In this document: positions 18,542 through 28,826 of the stretch, in pieces
Position numbering within the stretch: the first letter of the stretch is position 1
How the letters are laid out: each line of letters begins with the position of its first letter
Source: Arcobacteraceae bacterium
Lineage (GTDB): Bacteria; Campylobacterota; Campylobacteria; Campylobacterales; Arcobacteraceae
DNA length: 64,000 nucleotides
Reading direction: 5' to 3'
Assembly: GCA_963662945.1 (NCBI GenBank)
Contig: OY759974.1
Coordinates: forward strand, 288,001-352,000
Program-made: the position numbers and the translations under genes
The notes under the pieces: model-generated
Told to the model about the DNA's origin: nothing
The model's input: the letters and a program-made list of their open reading frames with translations, nothing else
Database searches by the model: none

Positions 18542-19536
18542 GATAATTTTTCAAAAATCTTTTTAGCTTGAATAATTGCTCCCTCTATATAACCACCTTG
18601 TTCAAAAGAAAATTCTGTAGAACTAAATAATACTTTGTCCCCATATTTACTTGTATCGATCCCATAGTTTGGATGAGCTGTCATATTATTAAAATCTTCT
18701 TTTGTAGAAGTATATTTTTCTCTCTTCCAATCAACAAGATGTATAGCTAAAATTTCACTTTCCTCTATATCAAAAACTCTTTGTAATTGTTCTATTAACT
18801 CTTTTTTATAATTATCAGTATCCACTTTAATTCTTACAAATCCAAACAATGCATTTTTGGTACGAGTAGTAGCATCATGTATCTCAGCCAACGGTCCAAT
18901 ATTTGAGAAAACAAATCCACTCAAACCTTTCTCTCTCCAAAATGAAGTTTTAAATTCAATGACACACTTTGCACTATTTCCCATCCAAGTTTGAGTATTT
19001 TTCATTTTCTCTTTTAATTGTATTGGCAGTGGTGGGATAAAATTTAAATTTTGGGCAATTCTTGGAGGAAGTGTGGAGATAGCATAGTTGCTTGTATACT
19101 CTTTAGTCTTTGTTTTTATTGTTATATTTTCTTGCTTTACTATGGATACAACTTCACTATTTAAAACTATATTGACATTTTGTAATTGATTGTGTAATTT
19201 ATCTATAAGCTTTGTAAGTGTCCCATCCATTCTTGCTGATGGGATATTTTGTTGTGGCATAAATTTTTCAACACTATTTTGTGTATCATACAAAGCATAG
19301 CCATTTTCATATTGTAAAAAGAGTTGTAAATCAAATTTTTCAATAAGTTCTAAAATATTTTTGTGATGTTGCCATACCCAAGATGGTCCCATATCATGAC
19401 CATCTATACTATATATTCTTCCACCTATTCTATCTCTAGCTTCTAAAATAGTTATATCATATTTTTTTTGGAGTAAATAAGCTAAATATAACCCACTAAC
19501 TCCAGCACCGATAATAACTATTTTTTCTTTTTTCAA
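18538..19536 (-). CDS. Flavin monoamine oxidase family FAD oxidoreductase
   Basis: IIGAGVSG, EARDRIGGR, DMGPSW, GYIEGA. Confidence 0.85.
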   Translation of the reverse strand: MKKEKIVIIGAGVSGLYLAYLLQKKYDITILEARDRIGGRIYSIDGHDMGPSWVWQHHKNILELIEKFDLQLFLQYENGYALYDTQNSVEKFMPQQNIPSARMDGTLTKLIDKLHNQLQNVNIVLNSEVVSIVKQENITIKTKTKEYTSNYAISTLPPRIAQNLNFIPPLPIQLKEKMKNTQTWMGNSAKCVIEFKTSFWREKGLSGFVFSNIGPLAEIHDATTRTKNALFGFVRIKVDTDNYKKELIEQLQRVFDIEESEILAIHLVDWKREKYTSTKEDFNNMTAHPNYGIDTSKYGDKVLFSSTEFSFEQGGYIEGAIIQAKKIFEKLS

Positions 19537-19543
19537 TTAGATT

Positions 19544-20563
19544 TTATCCCATAGGATACATTATTTCTAATTGTATCTGTTGTATTTTTTTCATAGTTTC
19601 ATCGCTTAATTTTACATCAAATGCAGCAAATGAGTCATCTAATTGTTCAGCAGTTCTTGCTCCTATAATTGTAGAAGCAACAAAATCAAACTGCTTTGAA
19701 TAAGCAACAGCAAGTGTTACTGGTGATATGTTTAATTCTTTTGCTAACTCCATATATTTTGCAGTAGTTAAGAGTGATTTTTCATTTACAAATCTTGTTG
19801 CTTGTCCTTGAATTCTAGGATTTTTGCTTTTTAAATATTCAGAATATCGTGCAACATCTGGATAAAACTTTCCATTGTATTTTCCACTTAAAACTCCACC
19901 TGCAATTGGAGAATATGGTAGTAATGAAATCTGCTCTTTTTTACAAACTTGTGCTAACTCATCTAAAAATCGAGGATTATTTAATGAAAAATTGTTTTGA
20001 ATAGATTCAAATCTACTAATACCTAGTCTTTTTGATGTTTCATTCGCTTTTGTTAAGCCATAAGCACTATCATTTGAAGTTCCAAGATATCTCACTTTTC
20101 CCTCCTTAACTAACTCTTCAAAAGCTTTAAGTGACTCTTCTATGGGTATAACAGTATCAGGCCAATGCATTTGATACAAATCTATATAATCAGTTCCTAA
20201 ACGCTTTAAACTTCCCTCGATAGCTTTTTTAATATGAAATTTATCAATTGCAGTTAGACCGTGTCTCACAGGTGGTACAAACCAACCATTTGCAGCCCCA
20301 GCCACTTTTGAAGCAATAATCAGTTTATCTCTCGTTTTTCCCTTAAGCCAACGTCCAATAATCTCTTCCGTAAGTCCCATATATTTAGCATCTGGTGGTA
20401 TTGGATAAATCTCTGCTGTATCAAAAAAGTTTATACCTCTATCGTACGCTTTATCCATAATTTTAAAAGCTTCTTTTTCATCACTCCACGAACCAAAACT
20501 CATAGTTCCTAAACAAATTGGTGTAACTCTTAAACCTGTTCTACCTATATATCTATATTCCAT
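19544..20563 (-). CDS. Aldo/keto reductase (Tas-like)
   Basis: LGTMSFG, DTAEIY, DYIDLYQMHWP. Confidence 0.9.
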   Translation of the reverse strand: MEYRYIGRTGLRVTPICLGTMSFGSWSDEKEAFKIMDKAYDRGINFFDTAEIYPIPPDAKYMGLTEEIIGRWLKGKTRDKLIIASKVAGAANGWFVPPVRHGLTAIDKFHIKKAIEGSLKRLGTDYIDLYQMHWPDTVIPIEESLKAFEELVKEGKVRYLGTSNDSAYGLTKANETSKRLGISRFESIQNNFSLNNPRFLDELAQVCKKEQISLLPYSPIAGGVLSGKYNGKFYPDVARYSEYLKSKNPRIQGQATRFVNEKSLLTTAKYMELAKELNISPVTLAVAYSKQFDFVASTIIGARTAEQLDDSFAAFDVKLSDETMKKIQQIQLEIMYPMG

Positions 20564-20625
20564 AGCTAAACCTTTTAATCACTTTTTGGTATAATACCGA
20601 AAAATTATTAAAGGCAATTAAGTAT

Positions 20626-21183
20626 ATGAGTTTAAAAGAAAAATTAATTACAAGAAGCAATGGTGCATGTGAACTGTGTGGTTCAACTGAAGACTTAACA
20701 GTATATGAGGTAAATCCAAGTGATGGAAGTGTAGATAAAGCTATTTTAACTTGTGGAAAATGTAATGAACAATTACAAGATATGACTAATCTTGATGCAA
20801 CTCATTGGTATTGTCTCAATGACAGTATGTGGAGCGAAGTTGATGCTGTAAAAGTTGTAGCATATAGAGTATTAAAAACATTAAATAACCAAGAATTACT
20901 AGATATGATGTATTTAGAAGATGATGTTAAAGCTTGGGCAGAACAAGGTTTATTTGAAGAGAACAATAAAGTAATCCATAAAGATAGCAATGGTGTAATT
21001 TTAAATGCAGGTGATACAGTAACTATCATAAAAGATTTAGATGTAAAAGGAACTGGCTTTACTGCAAAAAGAGGAACAGCTGTAAGAAATATATCTTTAC
21101 CTCACGATGATTCTGAACATATCGAGGGAAGAGTAAATGGCGTTAAAATTATGATATTAACAAAATACCTTAAAAAAGTATAA
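20626..21183 (+). CDS. PhnA/YjdM domain protein
   Basis: CELC..CGKC zinc ribbon; DSNG..GD.V..IKDL.VKG. Confidence 0.85.
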   Translation: MSLKEKLITRSNGACELCGSTEDLTVYEVNPSDGSVDKAILTCGKCNEQLQDMTNLDATHWYCLNDSMWSEVDAVKVVAYRVLKTLNNQELLDMMYLEDDVKAWAEQGLFEENNKVIHKDSNGVILNAGDTVTIIKDLDVKGTGFTAKRGTAVRNISLPHDDSEHIEGRVNGVKIMILTKYLKKV

Positions 21184-21231
21184 GTTATATTGTAGTATAA
21201 TAGCTTACAAAAAATAATTTAGGATATTTCA

Positions 21232-22053
21232 ATGACTGAAGTTTTATCAAAAAAGATAGATTCATTACCACCACTACCAAAAACAATACTCGATCTTGAA
21301 GAATTTAAAAAATCTCCAAATAAAGATTTAGAAGTTTTAGAAAAAATAATCGAACAAGATCCTTTAATAGTTGCTACTTTATTAAAAGTTTCAAATTCAG
21401 CAATGTTTGGATTTAATAACAAAGTTGAAAATGCTAGTCGTGCTATACATCTTTTAGGAGTTAACTTTACTTTATCTATTGCATTTGGTAGTGCAATTAA
21501 AAATGCACTTGATATTGATTTAGCTGCTTATGGTATAAATGCAGATAGATTTATGTCTATTGCAAATTTATCTTCAAATCTATTAAAAGAGTGGATGAAA
21601 AAAGTAGACAATACTTTAAAAGATGAACTTCTATTACCTATTTTTTTACTAGAAACAGGAAGATTCGTTTTATCAGGTGTTGCAATAGAAGATAAAGTAC
21701 ATAAAGAGTTCTATAAAAGAATTCATCAAAATCCACTTGAGATTTCTGCTATTGAAAAAGAATTCTTTGCAGTAAGTTCAACACAAGTTACATCATCAAT
21801 CTTTAAACACTGGAATTTAAGTGATTCGTTAGTAGATTTAATTAAATATTCTGATGATATAGAAAATTGTCCTAAAAATTATCTAAAAGAAGCACAAATA
21901 TTAAATGTAGTAAAAACTATTTGTAATGTAACTGATCCATTAGGTGATCAATTTGTTGAAGCTGGTATTAAAAAAGCTCATGAGTTTGGTTTAGATACTA
22001 AACATTTAGAAAAAGCTATTGAAACTATGCAAGATAGATTATTAGAAGAGTAA
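21232..22053 (+). CDS. HDOD domain protein
   Basis: LPPLP..IEQDP..LLKVSNSAMFG..AIHLLG. Confidence 0.9.
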   Translation: MTEVLSKKIDSLPPLPKTILDLEEFKKSPNKDLEVLEKIIEQDPLIVATLLKVSNSAMFGFNNKVENASRAIHLLGVNFTLSIAFGSAIKNALDIDLAAYGINADRFMSIANLSSNLLKEWMKKVDNTLKDELLLPIFLLETGRFVLSGVAIEDKVHKEFYKRIHQNPLEISAIEKEFFAVSSTQVTSSIFKHWNLSDSLVDLIKYSDDIENCPKNYLKEAQILNVVKTICNVTDPLGDQFVEAGIKKAHEFGLDTKHLEKAIETMQDRLLEE

Positions 22054-22061
22054 AAACTCTT

Positions 22062-22652
22062 TTAATAATTTAGTTTTTTTACTTTATCAACTACTTCTTG
22101 TAGGTTCTCTTTTATTTCATTTTCACTCATAGTTCCACTGGTTGTTCCAACTTTAATTTTTCCAATATGAATATTTTCGATAGTACCATCTTGTTTTACA
22201 TTGTAAACAAAATATTTTAAAGCATCTGATGTTGGTACTTGTAAAAAATTTCGGATTGCACCATCTCTATCATATATCCAAGGAAGATGTTTATCACCTT
22301 TAAGTTTTGTATTTTGCGTATGAGCTTGCCATCTTTTGATAAACCAAGGTTCATTTGATATATTTGACACAATTATAAAATCTCCTTCATCTAAATCCAA
22401 CATCTCATCAAGTGTTTTTGCTAAAATAATTGATTCATGATTTCCTACAAAAATAATAGTCTCAGGTTTTATAATACTTTTTGTAATAAATTTCTGATTT
22501 TCGAAACCTATTAGTTCTACACTTTGAGGTAAGTTCTCAATATTAACTGCAACCTTTTCTATTTTTTTCGGAGCATCTACTGTTAACAGCGTAAGTGCAA
22601 CAAGTGCAACAATACTTATAATCACAAGTTTTATTATTGACCATATTTTCAT
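22062..22652 (-). CDS. Hypothetical exported or membrane-anchored protein
   Basis: N-terminal hydrophobic helix. Confidence 0.7.
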   Translation of the reverse strand: MKIWSIIKLVIISIVALVALTLLTVDAPKKIEKVAVNIENLPQSVELIGFENQKFITKSIIKPETIIFVGNHESIILAKTLDEMLDLDEGDFIIVSNISNEPWFIKRWQAHTQNTKLKGDKHLPWIYDRDGAIRNFLQVPTSDALKYFVYNVKQDGTIENIHIGKIKVGTTSGTMSENEIKENLQEVVDKVKKLNY

Positions 22653-22661
22653 AACTATCCT

Positions 22662-23753
22662 TTATTTTATCTTTCTAACTTCTCTTTTAAAAAGTCTATC
22701 AACTAAAATATTTTCATCTATTTTTATATCTTTTATTATGCTATCTACTAATTGTTTTGCAAGATAAGGAGATAATACAAATCCCCTTCCCCCTACACCG
22801 TTCAGCATAAACAGATTTTCATATTTACTAAAACGTTTTGATTCTACATTTGTACCATTTTTTAGATATGGAAACTCTTTAAGAGTCTGCTTGCTATTAA
22901 TAATTTGTCCAACCATAGGAAAATAATCTACACTACTAGCTCTAGCACCACAATAATCTTTTACTATTTTTATCTCTTCAAGTTTGATAATATCAGCTGC
23001 TTTTTCTAGTAGTTCTTGATAGTTTTGTTCTATATTATCTACATCTATTTTTTCTCTATGATGTGTCGCTCCTATTGAGACTAAATAGTTATCTTTATTT
23101 GCAAAACTTTTAGATACAGAACAAGCTTTATGATAATTATAAGGAACTTTTGTAGATGTTTCAATATCTATTCGTCTTCCCCAAACAGCTCGTATATTGA
23201 TATAAAACTCATCTATAAGATTTATTTCATATCCTGTTGTTAGTATAATATTTTTTGCTTTTAATTCATCATTAATAAGCCAAAAACCATCTTGGTATTC
23301 TAAATTCTTCACTTCATAATTGAATTTTGTTTGGACATTCTTAGTCATATTTTTACAAAGTGCAAAACTATCTACAACAGAACCTATCTCAAAAAAATAA
23401 CCATCACCATCTTTTTTAAAATCAAAATCCATATAAGGGATATAACTTTGAAACTTTTCCTCTTCACTACTATTTTTTGGAATTCTTGTTGTTCCACAAT
23501 TTTTAATATATGTAGGAAAGTTTCTTTTATAAAACTCTGTAGAGTAATTCAACGACGTGGTAACCAAATCTTTGAAAAGATTTGGCTTTCCTAAAAGTGG
23601 AGATAAAAATGCCCCAGCAGCTCCAGAAGCTCCTTGTGCTACATCACTACATCTATCAACTAGAAGTATATTTTTATTATATTGAGACAACTCATATGCC
23701 ACACTACAGCCGCAAATTCCAGCACCTACTATAATGTAGTCATAATTGTTCAT
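22662..23753 (-). CDS. FAD-dependent oxidoreductase (MnmC C-terminal/DAO-like)
   Basis: IVGAGICG, GASG, GARASSVDYFPMVG, GGRG. Confidence 0.8.
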   Translation of the reverse strand: MNNYDYIIVGAGICGCSVAYELSQYNKNILLVDRCSDVAQGASGAAGAFLSPLLGKPNLFKDLVTTSLNYSTEFYKRNFPTYIKNCGTTRIPKNSSEEEKFQSYIPYMDFDFKKDGDGYFFEIGSVVDSFALCKNMTKNVQTKFNYEVKNLEYQDGFWLINDELKAKNIILTTGYEINLIDEFYINIRAVWGRRIDIETSTKVPYNYHKACSVSKSFANKDNYLVSIGATHHREKIDVDNIEQNYQELLEKAADIIKLEEIKIVKDYCGARASSVDYFPMVGQIINSKQTLKEFPYLKNGTNVESKRFSKYENLFMLNGVGGRGFVLSPYLAKQLVDSIIKDIKIDENILVDRLFKREVRKIK

Positions 23754-23762
23754 ACTAACAAC

Positions 23763-25787
23763 TTATATAGTTATCTCTTTAATATCAGCTATAGCTTTAA
23801 AAGAGTTATATACAACTGCAATAAGGTTTTTTCTATTTGTTTTTATTTTTTCATTTTCATGATTAACAAAAACATTATCAAAGAAATTATCAAGTTCTGG
23901 TTTTAAAGCAAAAAGTGCATCAAGTTGTTCATCAAATGTTGTATATACTTTTGCTGCAACTGCACTATATTGTTTGAATAATACTTTTTCTGCTTCATCT
24001 TCAAAAAGTGTTTCATCAATAGTTAAAGTTGCTGTTGTATCCAAATCTTTTACAATATTCGCAACCCGTTTAAAAGTATCACTCATACTTTTAAACTCAC
24101 TACTGTTTACAACTGGATTTAATGCTTCAATTTTCAAACTTATACTAAATAAATCTTTTTGACCATCACTATTTAAAACTGCTTTTATAACACTTGGATT
24201 TACATAACTATAAAGTTTGTATAATCTTTCATTTAAAAACTCAATTAACTGTGCTTTGTCTAAGTTTGGATATTTTTCAATCGAATTATCTATAATTGAT
24301 TCTATATCTAAATGCAATCTATGTTCAACGGCAATTCTAAAGATTCCCAAGGCAGCTCGTCTTAGGGCAAATGGATCTCTACTTCCCGTTGGAATCATAC
24401 CAACACTAAAAAGACCCATAAGATTATCAAGTTTATTACTTAATGCCACGACACAACTAAATGTATTTGAAGGAGTTGCACTTGTCTCTCCGTCTGGAAG
24501 ATATTGTTCTTTTAATGCTGTACAAACTAAAGGATCTCTTCCCTCTTTTTGTGCATAGTAATATCCCATAATTCCTTGTAAATCAGTAAATTCATACACC
24601 ATATCAGTAATAAGGTCAGCTTTACTAATCATCACAGCTTCCTCTATTAAAGCTTTCTCTTCATCCATATCAAACTGATTTGCAATAAGTTGTGCTATAA
24701 AAGCTTCTCTTTCACATTTGTTATAAATTGAACCTAACCCTTCTACAAAACTTACTCTTTTAAGTCCTTCGTTATTCAATCCATTTTTAATATCATTTTT
24801 CCAAAAGAACATACCATCACTTAATCTTGGTCTTAAAACTCTTTCATTTCCTGCAATTATATGAGAAAAGTCTTTTGTGTAAGAGTTTGATACTACGATA
24901 AATTTATTTGTGATTTTTCCATCTTTATAGACTGCAAAATATCTTTGATGCTCTTTCATAGAACCTATGATTACCTCTTCAGGTAACTCTAAAAATTCTT
25001 CATCAAATGTTCCTAAAAGTGCAGTTGGATACTCTGTAATTGCCACAACTTCATCAAGAAGTTCTTCATCTCTTTCAATAGTAATATTGTTTTCTTTTTC
25101 AATAGCATCCATTTGAGATAAAATATTTGCACGTCTCTCTTGTGGATATAAAATAACTCCATGTTTATCAAGCTTACAAAAGTAATCTCCTGCAAATTCA
25201 AAACTAAATGGCTCATAAGAAACCATTCTATGAGCGGCACTTGTTTTTGATGATTTGATACCGTAAAGTTCAGCGTCAACTAAATCTTCACCTAAAACAA
25301 TACTTAATCCCCTAATAGGTCTGATAAAACTATCCGTTCGATCTGCCCATCTCATTGATTTACCAAAATTAAGTTTAGCAATAAACTCATTTACCATTGC
25401 ACCTAAAAGTTCACTTGCTTGTTTCCCTGTTACAGTTTGTTTAAAATATAAAAACTCTTGACCATTTTTTGAAGCAGTTTGCAACTCTTCTACACTCACA
25501 CCACATTTTTTAGCAAATCCTTGTGCTGCACCTGTTGGTACACCATCTTTATAAGCAATTGCAACTGGTGCTCCCCAAAGCTCTTCTTCAATATCTTCTT
25601 GTGCAACTTGAAATTCTCTATGCCAAAATACCAATCTTCTTGGTGTATAATAAAAATTAAACTCACATAGTAAATTATTCTCTTCTAAAATATCTGACCA
25701 TTTTTTTTCAATATTTGGCAGCTCTTTTAAAAATGGTATAGCTGGTAACTCTTCAACTAAAATTTCTACTAATAATGGCTTGATCAT
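23763..25787 (-). CDS. glyS: Glycine-tRNA ligase beta subunit
   Basis: EELP, TPRRL, FIRP, GSRDPFALRRAA. Confidence 0.97.
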   Translation of the reverse strand: MIKPLLVEILVEELPAIPFLKELPNIEKKWSDILEENNLLCEFNFYYTPRRLVFWHREFQVAQEDIEEELWGAPVAIAYKDGVPTGAAQGFAKKCGVSVEELQTASKNGQEFLYFKQTVTGKQASELLGAMVNEFIAKLNFGKSMRWADRTDSFIRPIRGLSIVLGEDLVDAELYGIKSSKTSAAHRMVSYEPFSFEFAGDYFCKLDKHGVILYPQERRANILSQMDAIEKENNITIERDEELLDEVVAITEYPTALLGTFDEEFLELPEEVIIGSMKEHQRYFAVYKDGKITNKFIVVSNSYTKDFSHIIAGNERVLRPRLSDGMFFWKNDIKNGLNNEGLKRVSFVEGLGSIYNKCEREAFIAQLIANQFDMDEEKALIEEAVMISKADLITDMVYEFTDLQGIMGYYYAQKEGRDPLVCTALKEQYLPDGETSATPSNTFSCVVALSNKLDNLMGLFSVGMIPTGSRDPFALRRAALGIFRIAVEHRLHLDIESIIDNSIEKYPNLDKAQLIEFLNERLYKLYSYVNPSVIKAVLNSDGQKDLFSISLKIEALNPVVNSSEFKSMSDTFKRVANIVKDLDTTATLTIDETLFEDEAEKVLFKQYSAVAAKVYTTFDEQLDALFALKPELDNFFDNVFVNHENEKIKTNRKNLIAVVYNSFKAIADIKEITI

Positions 25788-25942
25788 ATTTTTTCTTCCT
25801 CTTTAATATTTTGATGTTTTTCTTCTGATTCTTCTAATCTTTTTTTATGTTTTTCCACTTGTGTTTCATTCATACCTCTTAAAAATATAAATAAAATATA
25901 TGCTAATCCAACCCAAATTATTATGTCAAATACTTCTTTCAT
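25784..25942 (-). CDS. 52-aa single-TM hypothetical protein
   Basis: My translation MKEVFDIIIWVGLAYILFIFLRGMNETQVEKHKKRLEE...; ATGA overlaps with both neighbours. Confidence 0.7.
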   Translation of the reverse strand: MKEVFDIIIWVGLAYILFIFLRGMNETQVEKHKKRLEESEEKHQNIKEEEKI

Positions 25943-26316
25943 AATAAGCCTTTATAGATTGCACCATCTATCTCATCAAGTGCTATTTTTTCTATCTCTT
26001 CACTATCTTCTATAACTGCTAAAATTTGACTGTCAAACATATAGTTATCAGCAATTTTTTGAGATTGAATTAAAATATTAACTCTAGGTATAATATACTT
26101 TGCACCAAGATTATGAGCATATATAACTTCTTTTATACTATGTGCTAAAACAGCACAGTTTATATCATTTGCTTTAGTATACTTCAATAAATCAAAATCA
26201 AAATCAAAAAGCACTGTTGAAGCAGGAGAAGTTTTTTTGATCTCTTCAATAGAAGTTATTTTTTCTATTTTTTCATATTCTATGTTTGGGTCACCTAGTA
26301 AAATCATTTTAAACAC
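25939..26316 (-). CDS. Hypothetical protein
   Basis: ORF tightly packed in the ribA-rsmG-glyS operon. Confidence 0.75.
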   Translation of the reverse strand: MFKMILLGDPNIEYEKIEKITSIEEIKKTSPASTVLFDFDFDLLKYTKANDINCAVLAHSIKEVIYAHNLGAKYIIPRVNILIQSQKIADNYMFDSQILAVIEDSEEIEKIALDEIDGAIYKGLL

Positions 26317-26522
26317 TCACGGCTACAAAAATATTTTCCATTACTTAAGATTGCTTCATCTTTTGATACATAAGTACCACAACTAGGACATTCTACTAAC
26401 GTATCTGTAATCTCTTCATGTTTATCTTTTTTGTTTAAACTTTCTTCTCTATTTTTTTTAAAAAAAACAATATACACTAAAAATATTACAGCTATTACAG
26501 CCAAAATTTTAAATATCATCAA
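26304..26522 (-). CDS. PP0621-family small zinc-binding membrane protein
   Basis: TM helix, then CPSCGTYV...FCSREC. Confidence 0.8.
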   Translation of the reverse strand: MMIFKILAVIAVIFLVYIVFFKKNREESLNKKDKHEEITDTLVECPSCGTYVSKDEAILSNGKYFCSRECLK

Positions 26523-27111
26523 ATAACCCTTTTCTTTTTATGTACAAATAGTTTCTATGTTCTCCACTTTGTACAACTTCATAATTCTTTATTTTAGCAT
26601 CTTTTATCTCATCTTCACAAATACTCCCTTTGTAAAAAAGATATTCAGTATCCTGTGAAGCAATATTATTTGTGATACTTAAAAGTAATGTTGTATTTGT
26701 AACTGCCCTACTTGTAATCAGATCAAAATCTTGTGGAGGAAGATATTCTACCCTATTTTGTACCACTTCTACATTTTCCAATTTTAAAGCACTTTTAACA
26801 AAATTTAAAAATGCCACTCTTTTGGCACGTGGCTCTATCAAAGATACTTTTTTTGCAGGATATGCAATAGCAAGTAACATTCCAGGATATCCAGCACCAG
26901 TTCCTATATCTGCTAGTGTTTCAAAAGGATTTAAAAATTTGACAGGATAAATACTATCTAGAATATTATCTTCAATTTCCTCTTTTTTTAGCTGAGCTGA
27001 TAAGCTATGTACTGCTCCCCATTGCTGTAAAAGAGTGATAAACTTTTCACATCGTTCATAGAACAAATCATCAAATTCTAAACCAATCTTTTTACATTTA
27101 TCTTTTAACAC
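26509..27111 (-). CDS. rsmG: 16S rRNA m7G527 methyltransferase
   Basis: DIGTGAGYPG, TSRAV. Confidence 0.93.
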   Translation of the reverse strand: MLKDKCKKIGLEFDDLFYERCEKFITLLQQWGAVHSLSAQLKKEEIEDNILDSIYPVKFLNPFETLADIGTGAGYPGMLLAIAYPAKKVSLIEPRAKRVAFLNFVKSALKLENVEVVQNRVEYLPPQDFDLITSRAVTNTTLLLSITNNIASQDTEYLFYKGSICEDEIKDAKIKNYEVVQSGEHRNYLYIKRKGLFDDI

Positions 27112-27124
27112 TGTTTTTACCTAA

Positions 27125-27685
27125 TTAAAAAAGATGATCCATCTTTTCTTTTTTTGTTTTTAAATAATTCTCATTTTGTGCAGTTACGCCAACTTGCACA
27201 GGGACTCTATCTACTATTTCCAATTTAATACCATTGAGTTTTGCTGGATTATTTGTCATAAGTTTTATTTTATCTATTTTATAATAATCAAAAATAAAAT
27301 CAACCACTTCATAAGTTCTTTGATCTGATGCAAAACCTAATTGATGGTTTGCTTCAACTGTGTCAAATCCTTTATCTTGTAAAGCATAAGCATTTACTTT
27401 ATTTAGTAATCCTATATTTCGCCCCTCTTGACGTAAATAAATAACCATTCCACCATTTGCAGAAATATAGTCTAATGCATAATTTAATTGTGCCTGACAA
27501 TCACACTTTATACTTCCTATGGCATCACCAGTAAGACACTCACTATGTATCCTTACAGTTGGGATAGATTCTAGTTCTTTTGTAAATATTACAAGATGCT
27601 CTTTAATACCTTCTTTAAAAGATTGTATTAAAAAATCTCCATGTTTTGTGGGTAACTTCGCAACATTTGAAACTTCTATGTTCAT
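27125..27685 (-). CDS. ribA: GTP cyclohydrolase II
   Basis: RIHSECLTGD..CDC, QEGRNIGL, TNNP. Confidence 0.96.
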   Translation of the reverse strand: MNIEVSNVAKLPTKHGDFLIQSFKEGIKEHLVIFTKELESIPTVRIHSECLTGDAIGSIKCDCQAQLNYALDYISANGGMVIYLRQEGRNIGLLNKVNAYALQDKGFDTVEANHQLGFASDQRTYEVVDFIFDYYKIDKIKLMTNNPAKLNGIKLEIVDRVPVQVGVTAQNENYLKTKKEKMDHLF

Positions 27686-27744
27686 AAAATTTTAATTCCT
27701 ATTTAGTTATGATATCGGGATTATAACTAAAAAGGTTTACAGAT

Positions 27745-28719
27745 ATGTTTAAAAGATTTAGAAGATTGAGAATTAATGAGAATTTAAGAAATTTAGTAAA
27801 AGAAACTACACTTACAAGTGATGATTTTATCTACCCTCTTTTTGTACGAGAAGGTCAAGGTATCAAAGATGAAGTTTCATCTATGCCTGGTGTATTTCAA
27901 ATGTCAATTGATGAGATTTTAAAAGAGTGTGGATATATTAGAACATTAGGACTAAAAAGTATTATACTTTTTGCAATACCTGATGTAAAAGACAGCGTTG
28001 GTAGTGAATGTCTATGTGAAAATAGTATCATAAGTAGAACAATCAAAGCTATCAAAAAAGAATATCCTGATATGTTTGTTGTTACTGATTTATGTTTCTG
28101 TGAATATACAGATCACGGACACTGTGGAATACTCAATGAAGATTCAACAGTAGATAATGATGCAACATTAGAACTTTCAGCACAGCAAGCACTTGTACAC
28201 GCTAAAGCTGGAGTTGATATGATAGCTCCAAGTGGTATGATGGATGGTATTATTGAAACATTACGAAAAGCTTTAGATGAAAATGGATTTGAAAATCTTC
28301 CTATCATGGCATACAGTACAAAGTTTGCAAGTGGATATTATGGACCATTTAGAGATGTAGCAGAATCAGCACCATCTCATGGAGATAGAAAAATGTACCA
28401 AATGGATCCAGCTAACAGACTTGAAGCACTAGAAGAATCTCTTGAAGATGAAAAACAAGGTGCAGATATTCTTATGGTAAAACCTGCTCTTGCGTACCTT
28501 GATATTATTCGAGATATAAGAAATAATTCAAACTTACCATTAGCAGTTTATAATGTAAGTGGAGAATATGCTATGCTTAAAAATGCAGGTGCTGCTGGAC
28601 TTATTGACTATGAAAGAGTTATGGTAGAAACTTTAATAGGATTTAAACGAGCTGGTGCAGATATAATTATCAGTTACCATGCAAAAGAATATTGTGAGTT
28701 AATTCAAAAAAATAAATAA
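27745..28719 (+). CDS. hemB: Porphobilinogen synthase
   Basis: [23 protein letters not shown]. Confidence 0.97.
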   Translation: MFKRFRRLRINENLRNLVKETTLTSDDFIYPLFVREGQGIKDEVSSMPGVFQMSIDEILKECGYIRTLGLKSIILFAIPDVKDSVGSECLCENSIISRTIKAIKKEYPDMFVVTDLCFCEYTDHGHCGILNEDSTVDNDATLELSAQQALVHAKAGVDMIAPSGMMDGIIETLRKALDENGFENLPIMAYSTKFASGYYGPFRDVAESAPSHGDRKMYQMDPANRLEALEESLEDEKQGADILMVKPALAYLDIIRDIRNNSNLPLAVYNVSGEYAMLKNAGAAGLIDYERVMVETLIGFKRAGADIIISYHAKEYCELIQKNK

Positions 28720-28720
28720 T

Positions 28721-28822
28721 ATGGAAACTTTTCAAAATGAACTTTTCTCATTTTCTATTATCACAGCTGTAGTACTACTTTTAGCACTACTTACTGTGAA
28801 ACTAGAAAAAAAGTATAAATAA
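28721..28822 (+). CDS. 33-aa single-TM peptide
   Basis: METFQNELFSFSIITAVVLLLALLTVKLEKKYK, 1 bp after the hemB stop; fills the gap to the next gene. Confidence 0.45.
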   Translation: METFQNELFSFSIITAVVLLLALLTVKLEKKYK

Positions 28823-28826
28823 CTTC

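Noticed and set aside
20581-27735. Palindromes in the AKR/phnA (about 20583-20603) and ribA/hemB (about 27703-27730) divergent gaps
   Set aside because: Explained by back-to-back overlapping -10 boxes; single instances, so no support for an operator.
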